63,957 bases of DNA, taken from assembly GCA_036374435.1 (NCBI GenBank), contig DASUTU010000057.1, positions 1 through 63,957 of the forward strand. Reading direction: 5' to 3'. The stretch comes from Actinomycetota bacterium (GTDB lineage Bacteria; Actinomycetota; UBA4738; HRBIN12). Positions 58,783-63,957 of the stretch are shown in pieces (position 1 is the first letter of the stretch; each line of letters begins with the position of its first letter). Position numbers and translations under genes: made by a program. Below the pieces are notes generated by a model, which saw only the letters and a program-made list of their open reading frames with translations, ran no database searches and had not been told where the DNA came from.

Positions 58783-59268
58783 TCAGCCCGAGCGCAACAG
58801 GATGGAGACGTCCTCGATGCCCCTCGGGGTCCCGACGACGACCAGCACGTCGCCGCCCTCGATCCCGAACTCTGGACCGGGAGCCGGAACGGCCTCGTCG
58901 CCGCGGAGCACCGCTACGATCGACACGCCGGTCCGCGTCCGCGTTTCCGTGTCGCCGATCGTCCGCCCCGCGTACGGCGAGCCGGGCGACACGGGAAGGC
59001 GGTCCACCGCCAACCCTCGGACGTCCTGTTGGAGCTCCGCGAGGTCCTTCGCCACCTGCGATCCGCCGAGGAGCTCCGCCAGCGTATGGCTGTCCTCCGT
59101 TCCGAGGCGCACCAGGTCTCGACCGGCGTCGGGGTCCTCGAGGTCGTAGACGATGAGCTCGCGATCCCCGGTCCGATGATGGATCACGGCCATCTGCACG
59201 CCCTGCCCCGTCTCGAACTCGAACCGGACGCCGACACCCGGGAGGCGAATCTCCTTCACCACGGACAT
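58783..59268 (-). CDS. KhtT-like antiporter regulatory subunit (RCK_C)
   Basis: LPGVGVRFEF, VIHHRTGDREL, LAELLG, RTRTGVSIVAV, P.PEF....GD.L. Confidence 0.88.
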   Translation of the reverse strand: MSVVKEIRLPGVGVRFEFETGQGVQMAVIHHRTGDRELIVYDLEDPDAGRDLVRLGTEDSHTLAELLGGSQVAKDLAELQQDVRGLAVDRLPVSPGSPYAGRTIGDTETRTRTGVSIVAVLRGDEAVPAPGPEFGIEGGDVLVVVGTPRGIEDVSILLRSG

Positions 59269-59368
59269 GCCTTCATCCTTGCACGCCCGGCGTTCGGGAG
59301 GCGGCCGGCGACCGGATCCGCCCCGGACGGGCCGAGCCGGCTCATCGAGCCCGCCGATGCCACCGCCG

Positions 59369-60013
59369 TCACTCGCCGAGGATGCGCTTCTTCTGGTTCT
59401 GGAACTCGGCCTCGGTGAGCACGCCGCGATCCCGGAGATCGGCCAAGCGCTCCAGCTCGGTGGCGACCGCCGGCGCGGACGGGGATGGCCCACGCCCGGC
59501 GTCCCGGCCCCGGAACATCCGTTCGCTGTTCCGCTCGCCCTGCTCGTAGATCGTCCGCTGCACGGCCTCGGGATCGCGGACGTTCGCGAACACGTTCCGC
59601 CCGTATTCGCTGGCGGACTGGATCACCAGGTCGCCGGCGCCGACGATGCGTTCGAGGATCGACTGCTGGAACCGAACGTCGTTGATGGCCTCCAGCGGGA
59701 TCTCCATCGTGTGTTTGGCGATGAACCCCTGCCGGTGGATCACGCGGTCGCTCGTCACGGCGAAGTTCGACGTGATCCAGGCCACGAACGCGCGGACCGG
59801 GTACCACAGCAGGATCACGACCCCGACGGCGAGCGACGTCCACATCAGGACGGTCCGGCCCGTTCCGTCCTCGGGCGCGAACACGAGCACGAGGATCCAT
59901 CCCACGACGACCAGCAGCGAGACGAGCGCGGGAACGACAAGGGCGATCCAGTGTGGACGAAGGTCGAGCACCAGCTCTTCACCTTCGATCAGGAGCCGGC
60001 GCGGGAACACCAT
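59369..60013 (-). CDS. Membrane bPH-domain protein with C-terminal SHOCT
   Basis: LRPHW, two TMs, FAVTSDRVI...EIPL..INDV...Q..LERI.GAG, ELERLADLRDRGVLTEAEF..QK. Confidence 0.88.
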   Translation of the reverse strand: MVFPRRLLIEGEELVLDLRPHWIALVVPALVSLLVVVGWILVLVFAPEDGTGRTVLMWTSLAVGVVILLWYPVRAFVAWITSNFAVTSDRVIHRQGFIAKHTMEIPLEAINDVRFQQSILERIVGAGDLVIQSASEYGRNVFANVRDPEAVQRTIYEQGERNSERMFRGRDAGRGPSPSAPAVATELERLADLRDRGVLTEAEFQNQKKRILGE

Positions 60014-60022
60014 GGGCGGAGC

Positions 60023-60772
60023 TTACTCCAGGTGCCGGACCTCCCCGAACCGGACCGTCTCGGTCTTCTCACCGGTCCGGACGACGAGCCCTCCCGCCTC
60101 GTCCACGTCGTCGGCCACGCCCTCAACGTCTCGCCCGTCGACGGTCGTCGCGCGGACGCGCAGCCCGAGCGTCGCGCACCGCGCCCGGTACTCGGCCACG
60201 ATCGAGCTCGCGAAACCCTCGGAGGAGGGTTCGTACCGCGCCGCGAAGGCGGACAGGAATGCGGCGAGCAGGTCTTCGGGCTCCGCGTCCACCGCGCCGG
60301 CGGTCGGCACGTCGGCGGGCGGCGCGCCGAGGTTCACACCGACCCCGAGCACGGCGTGCTCGATCGAGGCTTCAGCGAGGCGCGACTCGAGCAACATACC
60401 GCCGGCCTTGCGACCATCCACGAGCAGGTCGTTGGGCCATTTACAGGCGGGCCCCGCCGTGTGCGGACGGCACGCGTCGACCAGCGCGACCCCGGCGAGC
60501 AGCGATAGGAGACCGCCCCGCTCGGCCGCCAACCCCGGGCGAAGCACGAGCGAGAACATGAGGGCGTTCCCGGGTTCGTCGCGCCAGGTCCGGCCCAGGC
60601 GCCCGCGGCCCTCGGTCTGGTGCCCGGCGGCCACGAGCGACCACTCCGGCGCACCGGCGGAGGCGAGCTCGAGCGCCGTCGCCTGGGTCGAGCGGGTAAC
60701 CTCGTCGAACCGCGCCGGGGCGTGCAGCCCGGCCCGTTCGAGGGCTCGGGACAGGGCGGCCTCGGTCAGCAC
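60023..60772 (-). CDS. birA: Biotin--protein ligase (no DNA-binding HTH)
   Basis: STQ, QTEGRGRLGRTW, KWPNDLL, KAGGML, LGVGVN. Confidence 0.93.
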   Translation of the reverse strand: MLTEAALSRALERAGLHAPARFDEVTRSTQATALELASAGAPEWSLVAAGHQTEGRGRLGRTWRDEPGNALMFSLVLRPGLAAERGGLLSLLAGVALVDACRPHTAGPACKWPNDLLVDGRKAGGMLLESRLAEASIEHAVLGVGVNLGAPPADVPTAGAVDAEPEDLLAAFLSAFAARYEPSSEGFASSIVAEYRARCATLGLRVRATTVDGRDVEGVADDVDEAGGLVVRTGEKTETVRFGEVRHLE

Positions 60773-60825
60773 CGTTGTTTGACTCCCGTTGTGGGGTACC
60801 CGATTATCGGCTGCCGGAGCGGCGC

Positions 60826-62553
60826 GTGACGAAACCTCGGATCCTGATCGCGAACCGCGGCGAGATCGCCGTCCGGATCATCCGGACGATCCGCGAGCTC
60901 GGGTACACCTCCATCGCCGTCTACAGCGACGCGGATCGGGACGCCATGCACGTGGAGATGGCCGACCAGGCGTACCACATCGGTCCGCCGCTGCCCGCGG
61001 ACTCATACCTGTCCATCGGCTCGATCCTGGACGCCGCGCGAAAGGGCAAGGCCACGGCGATCCATCCCGGCTACGGGTTCCTGTCCGAGCGAGCGCACTT
61101 CGCGCGAGCGGTCGAGCAGGCCGGCTACACGTTCGTCGGACCGCCGGCCGACGCCATCGAGACGATGGGCGACAAGGCCGCGGCCCGGCAGGCCGCCGAC
61201 CGCGTCGGCGTCCCGATCGTCCCGGGCACCCCCGATCCCGTGACGATCGACGACGCCCGCGCGGAGGCGGACCGGATCGGCTACCCCGTGTTCGTGAAGG
61301 CGGCGTTCGGCGGCGGCGGGCGAGGCATGCACATCGTTCGCAAACCCGAGGAGCTCCGGAACGCGCTCGCCCGCGCGGCGCGTGAGGCCACGGCGTATTT
61401 CGGCCGCCCCGAGGTCTTCCTCGAGCGGTACCTCGAGCGCGCACATCACGTGGAGGCGCAGATCATCGCGGACGCCCGCGGCAACACCTTCTTCCTCGGG
61501 GAGCGCGACTGTTCGGTCCAGCGTCGCCACCAGAAGCTGATCGAGGAGACCCCGTCGCCGGTGGTGGACGCGGAGCTGCGCAGCCGGATCGGCGAGGCCG
61601 CGATGGCGCTGGCCAAGGAGGCCGGGTACGTGAACGCCGGCACGGTCGAGTGCATCGTGGACGAGGACGGCTTCTTCTACTTCCTCGAGATGAACACGCG
61701 GCTCCAGGTCGAGCACACCGTCACCGAGATGGTGACCGGCCTGGACCTGGTGGCCCTGCAGATCGGCGTGGCGCTCGGCGAGAAGCTCGACCTGGATCAC
61801 GTTGGTGCCACCGGGCACGCCATCCAGTGCCGGGTCAACGCCGAGGACCCGGCGAGGAACTTCCTGCCCGGCCCCGGCCGCGTGACCTCCTACCGCGAAC
61901 CCTCCGGGCCGTTCGTACGGGTCGATTCGTTCATCGAGGCCGGACGGGAGGTGCCGGCCGACTATGACTCGATGTTCGCCAAGGTGATCGTCTCGGCGGA
62001 GACGCGGGGACGGGCCATCGCGCGCATGCTCCGGGCGCTCGACGAATACCGGGTGGAGGGGGTGCCCACGACGATCCCGCTCCACCGCTGGATCCTCCAG
62101 AGCCGCGCCTTCCGAAAGGCCACCCACACCACCACCTGGCTCGAGAAGGCGCTCCGCGACGCCGAGCTCGACCTGCCCGACGACGGCGCCACCCCCCCGG
62201 GCGAAGCCAAGCCGACGGTCCCCGCCGAGCTTCTGCTCGAGGTGGACGGGCGCCGGGTCGAGGTGCGGATCTTCGACCATCGTCGCGAGTCGGCCCCCCG
62301 GCCGCCGAGCCGCCAGTCCGCGCACCACGACGGAACGGTCCACAGCGAGGTCCGGGCCCAGATGCAGGGCACGATCCTGCGCGTGCTGGTCGAGCCCGGT
62401 CAGGAGATCCAGGCCGGTGACGTGGTCTGCATCCTCGAGGCGATGAAGATGGAGAACGCCGTCCCGGCTCCGCGGGAGGGCGTCGTGTCCGAGGTCCGCA
62501 TCAACGAAGGTCAGGTGGTGCAGGCCGGCGACACGCTCGTCGTGCTCGACTGA
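60826..62553 (+). CDS. Acetyl/propionyl-CoA carboxylase alpha subunit (biotin carboxylase plus BCCP)
   Basis: ILIANRGEIA, IHPGYGFLSE, GGGGRGM, CSVQRRHQK, EMNTRLQVEH, EAMKMEN biotinyl-Lys. Confidence 0.96.
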   Translation: MTKPRILIANRGEIAVRIIRTIRELGYTSIAVYSDADRDAMHVEMADQAYHIGPPLPADSYLSIGSILDAARKGKATAIHPGYGFLSERAHFARAVEQAGYTFVGPPADAIETMGDKAAARQAADRVGVPIVPGTPDPVTIDDARAEADRIGYPVFVKAAFGGGGRGMHIVRKPEELRNALARAAREATAYFGRPEVFLERYLERAHHVEAQIIADARGNTFFLGERDCSVQRRHQKLIEETPSPVVDAELRSRIGEAAMALAKEAGYVNAGTVECIVDEDGFFYFLEMNTRLQVEHTVTEMVTGLDLVALQIGVALGEKLDLDHVGATGHAIQCRVNAEDPARNFLPGPGRVTSYREPSGPFVRVDSFIEAGREVPADYDSMFAKVIVSAETRGRAIARMLRALDEYRVEGVPTTIPLHRWILQSRAFRKATHTTTWLEKALRDAELDLPDDGATPPGEAKPTVPAELLLEVDGRRVEVRIFDHRRESAPRPPSRQSAHHDGTVHSEVRAQMQGTILRVLVEPGQEIQAGDVVCILEAMKMENAVPAPREGVVSEVRINEGQVVQAGDTLVVLD

Positions 62554-62574
62554 CGGCCGCTTCGCGGTCTTGAC

Positions 62575-63264
62575 TCAGGAGCCGGGCCGGCCCCAGCGAT
62601 CGCGTCCGGTGATCCGGAAGCCGCTGTCGTGGATCTTGTAGCCACGATTGACCGAGACCAGTAGGGCCGTCATCGTCTCGACGATCCGGGCCTGGGAGAG
62701 CAGGCCGGCGTCCACCCAGCGGAGATCCGGGATCTGGTCGATGAGCTCGCCGACCGTCGCTTTGGCCTCGGGGTCGTCGCCGCACACCAACACGTCGCTG
62801 TCCATGGGTCGCTCGAGCGCCTGGAGCTGCTCGGCCGAGATCGTGTGGAACGCAGCGGTCATCCGAACCGCGGGGTCCAGGATCGCCGCCGCCTGCTCGG
62901 CCGCCGAGCCGTGCCAGGGGCGGACCACGTGCCAGGCCCGGCCGCCCACCGCCGTCGCCAGAGGGCTCGTGGCGTCGCACACGAGCGCGCCGGAAGCGAC
63001 GTGCTTCTTGATGGCTCGATAGATGTCGGCCTGGCCGGCGAACGGGACAGTGACGAACACGACCTCGCAGCTCGCAGCGGCCTCTTCGTTCGTGGTCCCG
63101 GAGACCTCGGCACCATCGCCGAGGATGCCCCGGGCGTCGGCCGCCCGGCCCGCGCCTTTCTCCTCGGAGCGGGAGCCGATGACCACGTGATGTCCGGCCC
63201 GGGCCAGCCGAAGCGTCAGGCCGAACCCCTCCTCGCCGGTGCCGCCGATGACCGCGAGCTTCAT
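62575..63264 (-). CDS. npdG: NADPH-dependent F420 reductase
   Basis: MKLAVIGGTGEEG, VIGSRS..K, VTVPF, AFHTISA, DVLVCGD, DAGLL..AR..E..T.LL...N. Confidence 0.9.
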   Translation of the reverse strand: MKLAVIGGTGEEGFGLTLRLARAGHHVVIGSRSEEKGAGRAADARGILGDGAEVSGTTNEEAAASCEVVFVTVPFAGQADIYRAIKKHVASGALVCDATSPLATAVGGRAWHVVRPWHGSAAEQAAAILDPAVRMTAAFHTISAEQLQALERPMDSDVLVCGDDPEAKATVGELIDQIPDLRWVDAGLLSQARIVETMTALLVSVNRGYKIHDSGFRITGRDRWGRPGS

Positions 63265-63358
63265 GGCCGAAAGGCTAACGGACCGGGCGAAGGGTCCGGA
63301 GGCCGCACGGCCCGCCCCCGAAGGGACCGGGAGTCCGCTCCGGTGCGGAGCGTCGGGC

Positions 63359-63957
63359 TCATCGCGGCCGGTACTCGCCGAACACGTCGCGTAGGACGTC
63401 CGCGACCTCGCCGAGCGTGGCGCGCGCCCGAAGCGCCTCGCGCATGGGCGGGAGCAGGTTGTCGGTCCCTTCGGCGGCGTCCCGGACATCGGCCAGGGCC
63501 ACGCGGACCGCCGCGGCCTCCCGCCGCTCACGCAGCGACCGGAGACGTTCGATCTGGCGCCCGACCTCGGCCTCGCCGATCCGGTGGAGCTCGACCGGTC
63601 GCTCCTGCGGGTCCTCGAAGCGGTTCACCCCCACCACCACCCGCTCTCCGGACTCGACACCTTGCTGGATCCGGTACGCGGCCTCGTGGATCTCGTCCTG
63701 GTAGAACCGCGCCTCGATGGCGGCCACGGGCCCGCCGAGCTCGTCGATCCGCGTCAGGTAATCATCGGCCCGGGCCTCGATCTCATCGGTGAGCGCCTCC
63801 ACGAAGTAGGAGCCGCCGAGCGGATCCGCCACGTTCGCCACGCCGGTCTCGTAGCCGAGGATCTGCTGGGTTCGCAGGGCGATCTTCGCCGCCTGTTCCG
63901 TCGGCAGCGCGAGGGCCTCGTCGAACGAGTTCGTGTGCAGCGACTGCGTCCCGCCGA
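63359..63957 (-). CDS. Acyl-CoA mutase large (substrate-binding) subunit, methylmalonyl/isobutyryl type; 3' part only
   Basis: GGTQSLHTNSFDEALALPT, RTQQI, DPLGGSYFVE, VVGVN, ATLGEV...LR.VFGEY then stop (no B12-binding domain). Confidence 0.9.
   Translation of the reverse strand, partial: GGTQSLHTNSFDEALALPTEQAAKIALRTQQILGYETGVANVADPLGGSYFVEALTDEIEARADDYLTRIDELGGPVAAIEARFYQDEIHEAAYRIQQGVESGERVVVGVNRFEDPQERPVELHRIGEAEVGRQIERLRSLRERREAAAVRVALADVRDAAEGTDNLLPPMREALRARATLGEVADVLRDVFGEYRPR

Overview
High-GC (~72% by eye) chromosomal window, most likely from an Actinomycetota lineage (inferred from the DevRS-like two-component system, LCP, AccE-like epsilon subunit, F420 reductase and many apparently leaderless starts). 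No rRNA, tRNA, CRISPR array, transposase or prophage was seen. Left to right: (1) 1-5.8 kb, dTDP-rhamnose/cell-wall glycan cluster (LCP, rmlA, GT4, rmlB, rmlD). (2) 5.9-21.2 kb, a hypoxia/redox island with a decayed CHASE3-GGDEF gene, USPs, a type II Pat acetyltransferase, CBS-BON, a heme-GAF DevS-like kinase, a cupredoxin-fused two-domain multicopper oxidase, a DevR-like regulator with candidate boxes, nifJ-type PFOR and a Cys-less DHODH-like flavoprotein. (3) acnA and an acyl-CoA thioesterase. (4) 25.5-31.9 kb, a complete archaeal-style nurA-herA-sbcD(mre11)-sbcC(rad50) operon. (5) 33-64 kb, an acyl-CoA metabolism region (thiolase, acyl-CoA dehydrogenases, mce, ccr, pccB with epsilon, hbd, pccA, birA, split mutase) interleaved with an FtsH-like protease, an Fe-S PD-(D/E)XK nuclease, a c-di-GMP-I riboswitch before a broken CAP gene, glycosyltransferases, an M23 peptidase, a pair of Cys-less thiolase-fold proteins with two DUF35 domains, and K+ transport genes. 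Five small genes carry internal deletions or frameshifts. Start codons were refined by hand from the sequence. All family calls come from motif recognition, not database searches.
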